Positions 1 to 9,878 of a stretch of DNA of 59,390 nucleotides are shown one piece after another. Source of the DNA: Promethearchaeota archaeon (lineage in GTDB: Archaea; Asgardarchaeota; Lokiarchaeia; Sigyniarchaeales; SOKP01); contig RDOE01000012.1 in the NCBI GenBank assembly GCA_011364975.1, positions 1 through 59,390 on the forward strand, given 5' to 3'. A model generated the notes under the pieces. It worked only from the letters and a program-made list of their open reading frames with translations. It was not told where the DNA came from and searched no databases. Numbering within the stretch: position 1 is the stretch's first letter; the number at the start of each line of letters is the position of its first letter. The position numbers and the translations under genes are program-made.

Positions 1-1
1 C

Positions 2-271
2 CATCACATCGAAAAGTTAATTATATTAGAAAAATCTGATTCCCTAAATGGGATGTTACCTCCCTTCTCTATGACCATTGCTTCAGCATTATATCCCTTA
101 AAGACACTTTTTAGAAGCTATATTGTAGGATTAGGAGGTAGGGACGTAACCAGAGATGAATTCGATATAGCGAAGAAAAAGATGGAAAAAGTGACTGACA
201 TGAAAGGACAATTATATATGTATCTTGGTGTAAGAGAAACTAAAGAAAAAATACATGGGGTGGAACGATAA
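2..271 (+). CDS. porA: 2-oxoacid (pyruvate):ferredoxin oxidoreductase alpha subunit, C-terminal part (5' end outside the window)
   Basis: Frame is open from base 2 (HHIEKLIILEKSDS...). It contains SYIVGLGGRDV, typical of the PorA C-terminal domain, and directly precedes a beta subunit. Confidence 0.85.
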   Translation, partial: HHIEKLIILEKSDSLNGMLPPFSMTIASALYPLKTLFRSYIVGLGGRDVTRDEFDIAKKKMEKVTDMKGQLYMYLGVRETKEKIHGVER

Positions 272-272
272 T

Positions 273-1361
273 ATGGCACAACCAGAAAGAAATATCATTA
301 AATTTGAAGATATTCTTGCTAGAAAAGAAAAAAGCAACGTACTTTTTCTAAATTATGATAATGAAGCGTTTATGAATACAGGTATTCAGGAGTCTGGTGG
401 AACACCCCCTTTTGCTAGCACAACTACCGGTCCTGGTGGCGAAAAGATACCAGGTAAGATTGGAGTTAAGCAAGATTTAGTTACCCCTTTTGCTTTTTTT
501 GGTACAAAATCACTTTTTCTGGCAACCGTCAATCCAGCATATCCTAATGATTTTATGGGAAAAATAGCTGAAGCTTTAAAAACAAATGGGTCAGCGTTTA
601 TACAAGCATATAGTGATTGTATGCGTGGGTGGAGACATGAAGCAAATGAAGCAATAAAGATTTCAAAATTGGCAACGGATTGTGGATATTGGCCACTATA
701 TACGGTGAGAGTGAAAGATGGCGTTCCAGTTTTTTCTTATTTTAGAGGATTAGACATAGATAAAGATAAATTTGTAGAATATTTAAAATCGATGGGACGA
801 TTTAGGCACCTATTCAAACCCAAATTTATGGAAAAGGAAATAGATGAAATAATCTATTTTACCGAACAGCGTAATAATCGATTAAAGGGATTAATAGAAA
901 CCTTTGGTGCAGAAAAACCAATTGATGTATATAGAGTTAATAGAAAAACTCTAGACCCTCAAGAGCATTTGCTTCCAGGTCATGGATTATGTCCTGGTTG
1001 TGGGGCAGGTATGGTACTCAATCAGATGGCAACTGCTGCGTATGCAGTTGCGGGAAATAATATTATCTACGTTAACAATACGAGCTGTTCAGAGGTGTCT
1101 ACTTCTAAAGATTTTGTTACATCTTGGAGAGTGCCTTGGGTTCATCACTTATTTGAATCAGGTGCCACTATAGCAGATGCGATTAGTACTTCTTATAAAA
1201 TTTTAAAATCTAAGGATGAATTTGACGGAGAAGTGCCTTACCTAATTCACATTGGTGGTGATGGTTCCACTTACGATATCGGATTTCAATTCTTAAAAGC
1301 AGCCCTCATTAGAACGAGTTCCTTTGTTGAAATGAATGAATACCTAACCTCTCAAAAATAA
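273..1361 (+). CDS. porB: 2-oxoacid:ferredoxin oxidoreductase beta subunit, circularly permuted
   Basis: YDNEAFMNTGIQ..TP, SDCMRGW, GYWPLY and GRFRHL come first; GHGLCPGCG, TSCSEV, PWVHHLFE and GGDGSTYDIG come last. ATG 273 follows the porA stop; the track start at 255 overlaps porA. Confidence 0.9.
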   Translation: MAQPERNIIKFEDILARKEKSNVLFLNYDNEAFMNTGIQESGGTPPFASTTTGPGGEKIPGKIGVKQDLVTPFAFFGTKSLFLATVNPAYPNDFMGKIAEALKTNGSAFIQAYSDCMRGWRHEANEAIKISKLATDCGYWPLYTVRVKDGVPVFSYFRGLDIDKDKFVEYLKSMGRFRHLFKPKFMEKEIDEIIYFTEQRNNRLKGLIETFGAEKPIDVYRVNRKTLDPQEHLLPGHGLCPGCGAGMVLNQMATAAYAVAGNNIIYVNNTSCSEVSTSKDFVTSWRVPWVHHLFESGATIADAISTSYKILKSKDEFDGEVPYLIHIGGDGSTYDIGFQFLKAALIRTSSFVEMNEYLTSQK

Positions 1362-1442
1362 TATTACTTTTAAATCTTTTTTATTAGAATTACTATAATC
1401 AAAATCTTATTGGCAATATTTTTTTAACAAGTGTAAATAACA

Positions 1443-2057
1443 TTGAGTTTTGAAAAAATTTATCAAGAATACGTAGATAAATATGGTGAGCGTTCTAACT
1501 TATTTGAAATTATTAAAAAAAAGTTTCAAATTAAATCTGTGCTTTATCCTGGAAGCGCCTTACATCTAACTCCTTCATTCTATTTTCCCATAACGGTCTA
1601 TATAGATACTTACAGTAAAGCAAAACAATTTTTTTCTAAGAAAGGATTAATCGATTTTGTATTGGAAAGGAAAAAATATGAAGATTACCCAATAATCAGA
1701 TTTTATCCTTATGATTATAAAAAACCTATTCCTGAGGACCAAAATAGTTTTAACCTTCTCATCTCCCTATATGCTGGTTTCATATCAAAATATTGTAAAC
1801 GATATCTAAAGGAAGGAGGGATTCTACTTGTGAATAATTCTCATGGTGATGCCAGCATGGCATCAATTGATCCAGAATATGAATTATTCGCAGTAATTAA
1901 TCTAATAAATCGTAGATACTATCTTTCTCAAAAAAATTTGGATAATTATTTTATACCCAAAAAAAGTATTGCGATAACTCCTGAATATCTTGAAAAATGG
2001 CAGAGAGGCATAGGTTATAAAAAATCAGCAAGTCTTTATCTTTTTAAGAAAGTTTAG
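1443..2057 (+). CDS. Conserved hypothetical protein, possible class I SAM-dependent methyltransferase fold
   Basis: 204 aa ORF; VLYPGS, FNLLIS and YLKEGGILLV resemble class I MTase strand motifs. Confidence 0.5.
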   Translation: MSFEKIYQEYVDKYGERSNLFEIIKKKFQIKSVLYPGSALHLTPSFYFPITVYIDTYSKAKQFFSKKGLIDFVLERKKYEDYPIIRFYPYDYKKPIPEDQNSFNLLISLYAGFISKYCKRYLKEGGILLVNNSHGDASMASIDPEYELFAVINLINRRYYLSQKNLDNYFIPKKSIAITPEYLEKWQRGIGYKKSASLYLFKKV

Positions 2058-2114
2058 TTTTTAAGCTTGTTATAAAATTATAATGTATTGTAGTCTAAAA
2101 ACCACTTTAATAGA

Positions 2115-2243
2115 GAAGTACCTTAAGTTATTCATATTGGCGGAGATGGCTCTACATATGATATAGGATTTCAATTCTTAGAAGCAGCTCTCACTCGAAC
2201 AAGCTCTTTTGTAGAAATGAATGAATACCTCTAAGAAAAATAA
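2115..2243 (+). pseudogene. Degenerate duplicate of the porB 3' end (copy of 1230..1361)
   Basis: Translates EVP*VIHIGGDGSTYDIGFQFLEAALTRTSSFVEMNEYL*EK*, versus EVPYLIHIGGDGSTYDIGFQFLKAALIRTSSFVEMNEYLTSQK* in porB. Confidence 0.92.
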
Positions 2244-2285
2244 CCTAATTTTATTTATTTTCATTTATTAACAAAACTAATCATT

Positions 2286-2366
2286 ATAAGTCATTTAAAT
2301 AATCACATATTGATAACAGGCGCTAATTCTGGGATTGGGACTCTATTCTATGTGATATTCCCATAA
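2286..2366 (+). pseudogene. Remnant N-terminus of a short-chain dehydrogenase/reductase
   Basis: Translates ISHLNNHILITGANSGIGTLFYVIFP*; ILITGANSGIG is the SDR TGxxxGIG motif, with a stop shortly after. Confidence 0.65.
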
Positions 2367-2541
2367 AAGTCAAAATTAAAAATGCAATTAATGGGCCATT
2401 CTTGCATATTTTGAAAATTTTTCATTTTTCTGCCATTTAAGATAAAATGGACAAATTTATCCTTAAAAAGATAAAACTATATATAAGAAAATAATAAAAT
2501 ATGACTAATTATCTAAAAAATTAGATTAAAAATATAGGTAT

Positions 2542-3981
2542 TTGTACATGAGTGAAACAGAGTTAGATACTGGATCGAAACATCCTTGGTGGCGTTATGC
2601 TTCAAATAGTTCATTTCAAATTACCGCGACCGTAATTGGTGCCACTCAAGCCATTTATTTATATTACTTTTACTTTAACGTGCTTGGGTTAGAACCGGGG
2701 CTTATTGTCCTTGCCTTAACAATATTTACTATCTATGATGCAATCAACGACCCCATTATCGGATTTCTTGTTGATCGAAATACTCGATTGACCAAGCGAT
2801 GGGGCCGTCGCTTCCCTTGGATTGTAATTGGAATTGTCCCTTGGACACTCTCCCTATTTTTAATATTTACAGCACCTACAGTAAATCCTGCAAATCCTTG
2901 GCCTGTATTTTTTTGGTTATTCGGTTCATTGATTTTAATGGATACATTCGGGACATTAGTTGGAATCAATGTGAGCGCTCTTCGTCCAGATTTATTCCGT
3001 ACTGAAAAGGAAAGACAAAAGCTAACTTGGTGGTGGACTCCACTAGATATGATTGCTCAAGCTCTTGGATTTATACTTCCTCCTCTCTTCATTAATCCAT
3101 CTGCTTTAAAGGCAAGTTATGGTTTAATGGGAACCATGATGTCTATTATTTGCCTTATCAGTGCCGTTCTCTTTTTACCTGGTACGACAGAAACCAAAGT
3201 TGTGAAAGAAAGATATTTTACAGGAAAATATGAATCTTTTAGTTTCTTTTCAGGAATGAAAGAAGTGCTTAAATCAAAAAGTTTTATTGTATTTTTCATA
3301 ACGCTTACAGCATTCAATATGACGATAAATTTATTAATGGGTAATGCTCCTTTTGTTAATACTTTTCTTCTTAGGTATGCCGCTGGGGATGAAATTATTA
3401 TATTTGTTATATTTATGGTGGGTGCTTTTATAGCATTTCCTTTCTGGATACTCTATCTTAAAAAAATTAAAAATAATAAGAAAGTGCTCGCTATAGGCGG
3501 ATTAGCACTTGGAATCACCTTATTTCCATTAAGCTTTTTCCAAACTGAAATAGATTTATATATAATGTTATTTATCCTCGGAGTTGCAATGGGGAGCATG
3601 TGGGCATTCTTTTATACCATCATTCAAGCGAGCGTAATTGATGATTTTGTAGCTTCTACAAGAAAAAATCAGAAAGGAATTCTTCTTGGTGTCTCAACGC
3701 TACTAGGACGGTTAGTTGCCACTCTTGATGAGGGCGTTATGGCTTTGGTACATACTACTACTGGTTTTCCCGCTGGATCAGAAGATTATGCAGGTTTAGT
3801 CACCGCAGTTAATGCAGCTGGAGGAGATGTTAATTTAGTACTTTTGGGAATAAGACTTCTTTTTGGTATTATTCCAAGCATCGTTATAATTGTGGGTACA
3901 TTCGTGTTTTGGAAATATTTCCCTCTAACTCAAGATAAAGTATTAGAGAACAAAAGAATATTGGAAGAACTTGGTTTTTAA
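2542..3981 (+). CDS. MFS transporter, GPH/MelB (MFS_2) family
   Basis: DAINDPIIGFLVDR..WGRRFPW motif and about 12 hydrophobic segments; ATG 2548 is an alternative start. Confidence 0.88.
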   Translation: MYMSETELDTGSKHPWWRYASNSSFQITATVIGATQAIYLYYFYFNVLGLEPGLIVLALTIFTIYDAINDPIIGFLVDRNTRLTKRWGRRFPWIVIGIVPWTLSLFLIFTAPTVNPANPWPVFFWLFGSLILMDTFGTLVGINVSALRPDLFRTEKERQKLTWWWTPLDMIAQALGFILPPLFINPSALKASYGLMGTMMSIICLISAVLFLPGTTETKVVKERYFTGKYESFSFFSGMKEVLKSKSFIVFFITLTAFNMTINLLMGNAPFVNTFLLRYAAGDEIIIFVIFMVGAFIAFPFWILYLKKIKNNKKVLAIGGLALGITLFPLSFFQTEIDLYIMLFILGVAMGSMWAFFYTIIQASVIDDFVASTRKNQKGILLGVSTLLGRLVATLDEGVMALVHTTTGFPAGSEDYAGLVTAVNAAGGDVNLVLLGIRLLFGIIPSIVIIVGTFVFWKYFPLTQDKVLENKRILEELGF

Positions 3982-4004
3982 AAAACTTTTTTTTTAATTT
4001 TTTC
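3982..4004 (+). terminator. Archaeal-type T-tract terminator
   Basis: Two T runs immediately after the MFS stop, between convergent genes. Confidence 0.45.
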
Positions 4005-4058
4005 CTAAGTTTTAAGAAAGTATGTTAAAAAATACAGGAAATATCCCCCCAAAGTCAA

Positions 4059-6209
4059 TTAAGAAGTCTGGTTTGTTAAAAGTGCTATTATTGGAGATAA
4101 TGAGGGGATAACCACTTCAAATTCTATTAATAATCCTGATTTCTTAAACTCTGGTTGAGAATAAAGTTTTTCATGAATTCCATTAAAAATTTCTATTATA
4201 TTGAAATCCAGTTCATATTTGGATAAATCTATAACAATTTTTGTTTTTTTCGCCCTACTTGTTAAATTATATGCTAAAATGACACCGGTTTTATTTTCTT
4301 CACTAACATGAAGATGAATATCATAATTAATACCATAAAATGTTCCTCTAACTAATACGGGTTTTACTTTATGATAAAGAGTCATAGCTTTTTTCAGTGC
4401 TTGATATTTATAGCTCTTACTATCTTTTAATCCCCCAATTCCTATATGTCGTGCAAGAGAAGCATACCACCAAAATTGGAGCATGTTATCATTATCACTA
4501 TTCTCGTTTATATGCAAATAGAGAGGAATAGAGTAGGCTAGGTTATATTCGAATAATTGTGTTGCTCTTCCAGATAATAAATCTTGCATTGGATTCCACA
4601 TGCATTCAAAGCCCCAATTTTCGTCAAAACTATTTGAAAGATTATGTTGATAATATAAAGGATGGCGTGGTTTTACTCCTCTATCATGTGCTTCTATAAG
4701 AATTTTTGGATATCGTTTCTTTACGTTTTGAACTACTTTAATAATGTTTTCTGCATGAGTTTGTCTTCTCATTGGTACTTCATGCCCATGTTCCTTGCTG
4801 AAGCAACCGAGATCGTCTGCCATAAACATTGAAAAGCCTGTAAAATCAAACATAAAAAAATCAATTCCATCTTTTGCTAGTTCTAATATCCTTCGGGTTT
4901 TTTCTTTAATCCAATATTCATTAGCACAAACACAATAAAGGTTAATATAAGGATCAGCAACAACTTTTACACCTTGTTTTGTTCTCAGATAAAATTCATC
5001 AGGTTCATTTTCCCCTTCAAAATTCATCATAAGATGCAATGCTAACTTTAGACCATATTTATCATGAATTGTTTTTGAAAATTCTTTTAATGATCCAAAT
5101 CTCTCCTCATTCCAAATTTCAGAACCAAGTTTAGTATTCCAACCAGGATCTAAATACAAGGATTCAGCTCCAACATCTCGAGCAATTTCAGCTTCTTTAT
5201 ATAATTGTTCTAAGGTATATGGTTTATATTCAGTGCTATCTACAAAAAAACCTGTTTTCTCTGATACCCACCCTAGATTATATAACTCATTCCAGTGAAC
5301 CGGCGGATTATAATAATTCTTGTATTTATGGCCATTTTCTTCAAGATGATTTCTATAAAGATAATACCCCTCTTTATAATCACCTTCATAAACAATATAT
5401 TTTGTAGCACCAAAACTGTATTCTTGATTCACATCCAAAAATGTAGCTAATTCTGGAAAACCCTCATAAAAATAAGTTCCACCAAAAATTATAAACATAT
5501 CTTCAGCGCCTCTCCCCGGTAAAATTTGGGAGTTTCTACTAAATCGAGAAAATTCTATATCTTTTTGATTGTATTTACATATTAGTAACCCACCATTCTC
5601 TTTACCCCAAAGCCACCCTTCTGAACAATATCCCGGCATTTCCACCTCACTTGAGATCCATGGATTATATAAAATATCGTTTACGCTAAACTTTTTCTTT
5701 CTTCTATCTACACTATAATTACTGAACCTACGAGAAGGAATAGAAGTTAATTGGTATTCGTCTAAATCATCGCTCCATCCACTATATTGTCTAAAAATTG
5801 CTTTTTTAAAACCAAAGTTAATGAAGCCGATATTTACTTTCTTATTACCTCGATTGCTTAATGTAATATATTCTCTTAGCCATCGAGAACCTTCTTTCAG
5901 ATTAAATTCATGTGTAATCCAAAGATCGATATCTTCAAATTTTCCCTCAATTATCAGGGATTCATTATCAATAATTGAAATTTTTCTTTCCATCAACCTC
6001 TTGGCTTTGTATTCTTTGCTTATATGTGCTAAATATGCATAACGTATTCCTTTCTTTTTTGAAGTTATTATCCTATAGTGATAATCCTGATCTGAGTAAA
6101 TAATGCCTTTTTTTTTATCAATTAATTTGTATATATATTCTTTATCTTCAACTTTTTGAATTGTTAACTCCCAGTATTCATTCGATAAAACTAACGCAGT
6201 ATTTTTCAA
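4059..6209 (-). CDS. Glycoside hydrolase, GH36/clan-D (alpha-galactosidase-like)
   Basis: PVHWNE, LYLDPGW and GIDFFMFDF match the clan-D barrel motifs (DDGW; xKxD, here MFD); large beta-rich N-terminal region. Confidence 0.65.
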   Translation of the reverse strand: MKNTALVLSNEYWELTIQKVEDKEYIYKLIDKKKGIIYSDQDYHYRIITSKKKGIRYAYLAHISKEYKAKRLMERKISIIDNESLIIEGKFEDIDLWITHEFNLKEGSRWLREYITLSNRGNKKVNIGFINFGFKKAIFRQYSGWSDDLDEYQLTSIPSRRFSNYSVDRRKKKFSVNDILYNPWISSEVEMPGYCSEGWLWGKENGGLLICKYNQKDIEFSRFSRNSQILPGRGAEDMFIIFGGTYFYEGFPELATFLDVNQEYSFGATKYIVYEGDYKEGYYLYRNHLEENGHKYKNYYNPPVHWNELYNLGWVSEKTGFFVDSTEYKPYTLEQLYKEAEIARDVGAESLYLDPGWNTKLGSEIWNEERFGSLKEFSKTIHDKYGLKLALHLMMNFEGENEPDEFYLRTKQGVKVVADPYINLYCVCANEYWIKEKTRRILELAKDGIDFFMFDFTGFSMFMADDLGCFSKEHGHEVPMRRQTHAENIIKVVQNVKKRYPKILIEAHDRGVKPRHPLYYQHNLSNSFDENWGFECMWNPMQDLLSGRATQLFEYNLAYSIPLYLHINENSDNDNMLQFWWYASLARHIGIGGLKDSKSYKYQALKKAMTLYHKVKPVLVRGTFYGINYDIHLHVSEENKTGVILAYNLTSRAKKTKIVIDLSKYELDFNIIEIFNGIHEKLYSQPEFKKSGLLIEFEVVIPSLSPIIALLTNQTS

Positions 6210-6358
6210 ACAGATACCAACTCCTTTTAAATTATAACAATGAATTTATTTTAATTTAGAAATTTTATTCTGTGTTTTAATTAATCAGATATAACCTTCG
6301 ATAATAAAGTTTGGAAGTTAGAAAAATACATTTATTTCTATATAAATTATTATTGGTT

Positions 6359-7135
6359 ATGACAATTTTAATTGAAAAGAATTATCCAACTTTTACAATT
6401 ATTATAGACAATCCAGAAGTTAAAAATGCTGTCGATGGTCAAACCGCTCAAGAACTAGGAGACGCTTTTAATCAATTTGAAAATGATCCCTCTGCATTGG
6501 TTGCAATATTGTGGGGTGCCCATGGAGTATTTTGCTCTGGAGCAAATCTTAAAGCTATAGCTGGGGATAGGGGAAATAAGGTTAGCAAAAAAGGATATGG
6601 TCCAATGGGTCCAACAAGAATGCAATTATCGAAACCTGTTATTGCTGCTATATCCGGATATGCAGTAGCTGGGGGTCTTGAATTAGCCCTATGGTGTGAT
6701 TTACGAATTGCTGAAAAGAATGCTATATTTGGTGTTTTTTCTCGAAGATATGGTGTTCCTTTGATAGATGGCGGAACAGTACGACTACCACGATTAATAG
6801 GTTTAAGTAGAGCTATGGATATGATATTAACTGGAAGACCTGTCAAAGCGGAAGAAGCATTTCATTGGGGCTTAGCAAATAGAATTGTAGAAGATGGCAC
6901 ATCAAAACTGGAAGCTGAGAAATTAGCAAGAGAAATCGCACATTTTCCTCAAATTTGTATGAGAAATGATCGTCTCTCGGTTTATGATCAAGTGGGATTG
7001 CCAATAAATAAAGCAATGATGAAAGAATTTGTTTATGGTTTAAATACTTTAAAATCAGGAGAATTTTTAGAGGGTAGTAAAGCTTTTATTGAGGGATATG
7101 GAAAACATGGGAAATTTAATAACCAATTAAAATAG
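6359..7135 (+). CDS. Enoyl-CoA hydratase/isomerase (crotonase) family protein
   Basis: FCSGANL, KPVIAAISGYAVAGGLELALWCDLR and GVPLIDGGTVRLPRLIG motifs; ATG 6359 preferred to TTG 6311. Confidence 0.9.
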   Translation: MTILIEKNYPTFTIIIDNPEVKNAVDGQTAQELGDAFNQFENDPSALVAILWGAHGVFCSGANLKAIAGDRGNKVSKKGYGPMGPTRMQLSKPVIAAISGYAVAGGLELALWCDLRIAEKNAIFGVFSRRYGVPLIDGGTVRLPRLIGLSRAMDMILTGRPVKAEEAFHWGLANRIVEDGTSKLEAEKLAREIAHFPQICMRNDRLSVYDQVGLPINKAMMKEFVYGLNTLKSGEFLEGSKAFIEGYGKHGKFNNQLK

Positions 7136-7161
7136 CTTATTTTATAAGGATGTGAAAGATC

Positions 7162-7578
7162 ATGTTAATTTTTAAAGAATTTAATATAAGGACTCCCGAA
7201 AGGGAAATTTTAATAGACATTTCTAATGAGGTATCCAAAATTGTGCGTTCTGCTAACATTTCTAATGGAATTTGTCATATTTTTATACCACACACTACCG
7301 CAGGAATAACGATTAATGAAAATGCTGATCCTTCGGTAACGAAGGATATAATTACTTACTTAAATAAATTGATTCCTCAAGGCGGAAGTTTAGGATATAG
7401 ATTTCGCCACGGTGAGGGTAATTCTGACGCCCATATCAAATCCTCCTTAGTTGGTACGTCATTAAGCATCTTTATCCATGAAAAAAGACTAATGTTAGGA
7501 ACATGGCAAGGCATATATTTCTCAGAATTTGATGGTCCCCGCAATAGAAAAGTGTATGTTCAAATCCAAGGAGAATAA
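7162..7578 (+). CDS. yjbQ: YjbQ/UPF0047 family protein
   Basis: PHTTAGITINENADP, HGEGNSDAHIKSSL and LGTWQGIYFSEFDGPR motifs. Confidence 0.92.
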   Translation: MLIFKEFNIRTPEREILIDISNEVSKIVRSANISNGICHIFIPHTTAGITINENADPSVTKDIITYLNKLIPQGGSLGYRFRHGEGNSDAHIKSSLVGTSLSIFIHEKRLMLGTWQGIYFSEFDGPRNRKVYVQIQGE

Positions 7579-7586
7579 TTTAGGTT

Positions 7587-8801
7587 TTAATAACATTTAT
7601 GTACGTAATTATAAGTTATTATAAGAGAAAATCCCATTAATGCTAAAATAAGATAAAATGGAGCAAAAACATTAATTTCTCCTATTGGGCTAATGATCAT
7701 AGGAGCCATAGCACCACAAAAAAAACCAATCGCATTATTGAAGCCTATCCCTGAACCCTTTAATTCTGGTTTAATATCTTCAATAACTTCTAACAATAAG
7801 GTATTTCCCGCAGGATCAAATAAAGCTATCCCTATGCCTATGAACGCGCATAACGTTATAAAAATTATGAGGTTGTAAGCTAACACTTCTATAATAAAAG
7901 GAATACCAAATATTAGTACTATAGACTGGCCAATTATCATCATTTTTCTAGGACCTTGACGATCTAAAACTCTACTAGATACGAATACAAACACAACATA
8001 TAGAGCAACAATACCAATTAAAACATAACTTGTTTGAATTTCATCTAAAAGAAATTGTACTTGGAGAATCCAAATTAAATAAGCTACAATTCCTCCAAAT
8101 AAGAACCATCTCACACAATTTAATAGGACGGACATAATAAATTGATCATTTTTCAATAAAAGCTTGACATTTTCAAGATTCAAAGCCATCTTATTTGTAT
8201 TAACCTCACCATTATTCAAATTTTCACTCTTATTTTCCTTTAATACTATGAATAGAAAAAAAGCAACAATAATTATGAGGAGCCCAGAGATTGAAAAAAT
8301 GCTTCTAAAGCCTAGATAGCTTGAAATATATCCTCCAACAATGATACCTCCAAAGTAACCTATATTCATTGCTAAAGAATAATAGCCCATTCCCTTACCA
8401 TGTTGATCTTTTCCAAAAATATCTCCTATAGTGGCCTGAAGGATGGAAGTATAAGCCCCAATTCCTTGAATTGCTCTAAAAATTATTAATTGAAAGATAT
8501 CTTGTGCAATGAAACATAAAAAAGTTCCTGCAATATAGATACTGATTCCAATAAACACAATTTTCCGTCGACCAAACTTATCTGAAGCAAAAGCATAGGG
8601 AAATTGGAATATTGACTGTGTTACTGAAAAAATACCAATTATTATTCCATAAGAAGTCAACGAACCTGCTAAACTTATAACAAAAGAAGGTAATCCTATG
8701 TCTACAATACTCATCCCAAGACTTCTAAACGCTACCGCCATTAAAACTACAAAAAGAAGGATTTTTACTTGTTTACCGAATGGTTTAATCATAGACATCA
8801 T
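7587..8801 (-). CDS. MFS transporter (DHA1/YajR-like)
   Basis: Motif A SDKFGRRK, RAIQGIGA, about 12 TM segments; AGGAGG RBS upstream. Confidence 0.85.
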   Translation of the reverse strand: MMSMIKPFGKQVKILLFVVLMAVAFRSLGMSIVDIGLPSFVISLAGSLTSYGIIIGIFSVTQSIFQFPYAFASDKFGRRKIVFIGISIYIAGTFLCFIAQDIFQLIIFRAIQGIGAYTSILQATIGDIFGKDQHGKGMGYYSLAMNIGYFGGIIVGGYISSYLGFRSIFSISGLLIIIVAFFLFIVLKENKSENLNNGEVNTNKMALNLENVKLLLKNDQFIMSVLLNCVRWFLFGGIVAYLIWILQVQFLLDEIQTSYVLIGIVALYVVFVFVSSRVLDRQGPRKMMIIGQSIVLIFGIPFIIEVLAYNLIIFITLCAFIGIGIALFDPAGNTLLLEVIEDIKPELKGSGIGFNNAIGFFCGAMAPMIISPIGEINVFAPFYLILALMGFSLIITYNYVHKCY

Positions 8802-8957
8802 ACAATCCTCCTTTATAAACCCTATTTAGTTTGGAAATTAAAAAAGGAATTTAAATTTATTTAACAGCACTGCTTTTTAGTTTTATATCTTTAAATTCTA
8901 GATTAACAAAATATATTTTAATTAATACTTATAGAACTTTTTTCGAGATGAATATGA

Positions 8958-9848
8958 ATGGGTGAATTATTTTATTTATTTGGAGTAATACTTGCGATTT
9001 TGTCAGGTGTTTTGAATAATTATGGAACTGTACTTCAGAAAAAAGTGGTAAATAAATATCGAGAAGACACAAAATTTATGAAAAGCCTTATTAAGAATCC
9101 ATTATGGTTATTCGGATTAATTTTACAAACAATCATTGGGGGGATATTGTTCTTCATCGCTCAGCTTTATATTGGACCAACTCTTATCCCTGGGTTAATG
9201 GGTGCAGGATTAATAGTGTTAGCTATAGGATCAGTAAAAATTGTAGGCGAGGAGTTAAAAAAGTCAGAATTAATTGGAATAATTTTAATGATTTTCGCAA
9301 TTGCTTTAATAGGGCTAAGTAACATGGCTATAGATATAAATGCACAAAATTTTCTTGATTTTGGGCTAGTACTCAGGATTTTTCTTTTTACAGCAATTTT
9401 GTATATATTAGCGGGATTATTTTATGTTATGCAAATAAGAAAAGTTTATCCTGGTATCTCCTTAGCAATATATTCTGGTTTCATGTTTGCTCTTTCAAAT
9501 TTTTGGGTTAGTCCATTGATGGGAGTTCTTTCTGCGATTTTTAGTGGAACTGCTTATCTTATTGAAATAATTCTTTTTATTGTCTCTATCATAATCTTAA
9601 CTTTAACTAATATATTTGGAATCACATCAATTCAAAAGTCATTTAGAGTCGGACAAGCAAGTAATCTAATACCCATTCAGCAGGTGCCTATTCAAATTGC
9701 TCCTGTCTTTTATTTTCTCTCAGTCTATTTACTTCAAATACCAAGTGTGCTATCAATTTTCTTCCTAATAATAGGAATAGGTTTAGTTATTGTAAGCTCT
9801 TTTTTACTTGGGAGGAGACAAACCCAGATTGAGCGACTAGAATTATAA
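8958..9848 (+). CDS. DMT-superfamily membrane transporter (NIPA Mg2+ transporter-like)
   Basis: LAILSGVLNNYGTVLQKK...KNPLWLFGL N-terminus resembles the NIPA family; about 9 TM segments. Confidence 0.6.
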   Translation: MGELFYLFGVILAILSGVLNNYGTVLQKKVVNKYREDTKFMKSLIKNPLWLFGLILQTIIGGILFFIAQLYIGPTLIPGLMGAGLIVLAIGSVKIVGEELKKSELIGIILMIFAIALIGLSNMAIDINAQNFLDFGLVLRIFLFTAILYILAGLFYVMQIRKVYPGISLAIYSGFMFALSNFWVSPLMGVLSAIFSGTAYLIEIILFIVSIIILTLTNIFGITSIQKSFRVGQASNLIPIQQVPIQIAPVFYFLSVYLLQIPSVLSIFFLIIGIGLVIVSSFLLGRRQTQIERLEL

Positions 9849-9878
9849 TTTATAATAATATTATTAGAATATTGAAAA

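Noticed and set aside
1230-2243. porB tail and its copy as a DGR variable/template repeat pair
   Set aside because: Differences are mostly third-position synonymous and not adenine-specific; no reverse transcriptase in the window.
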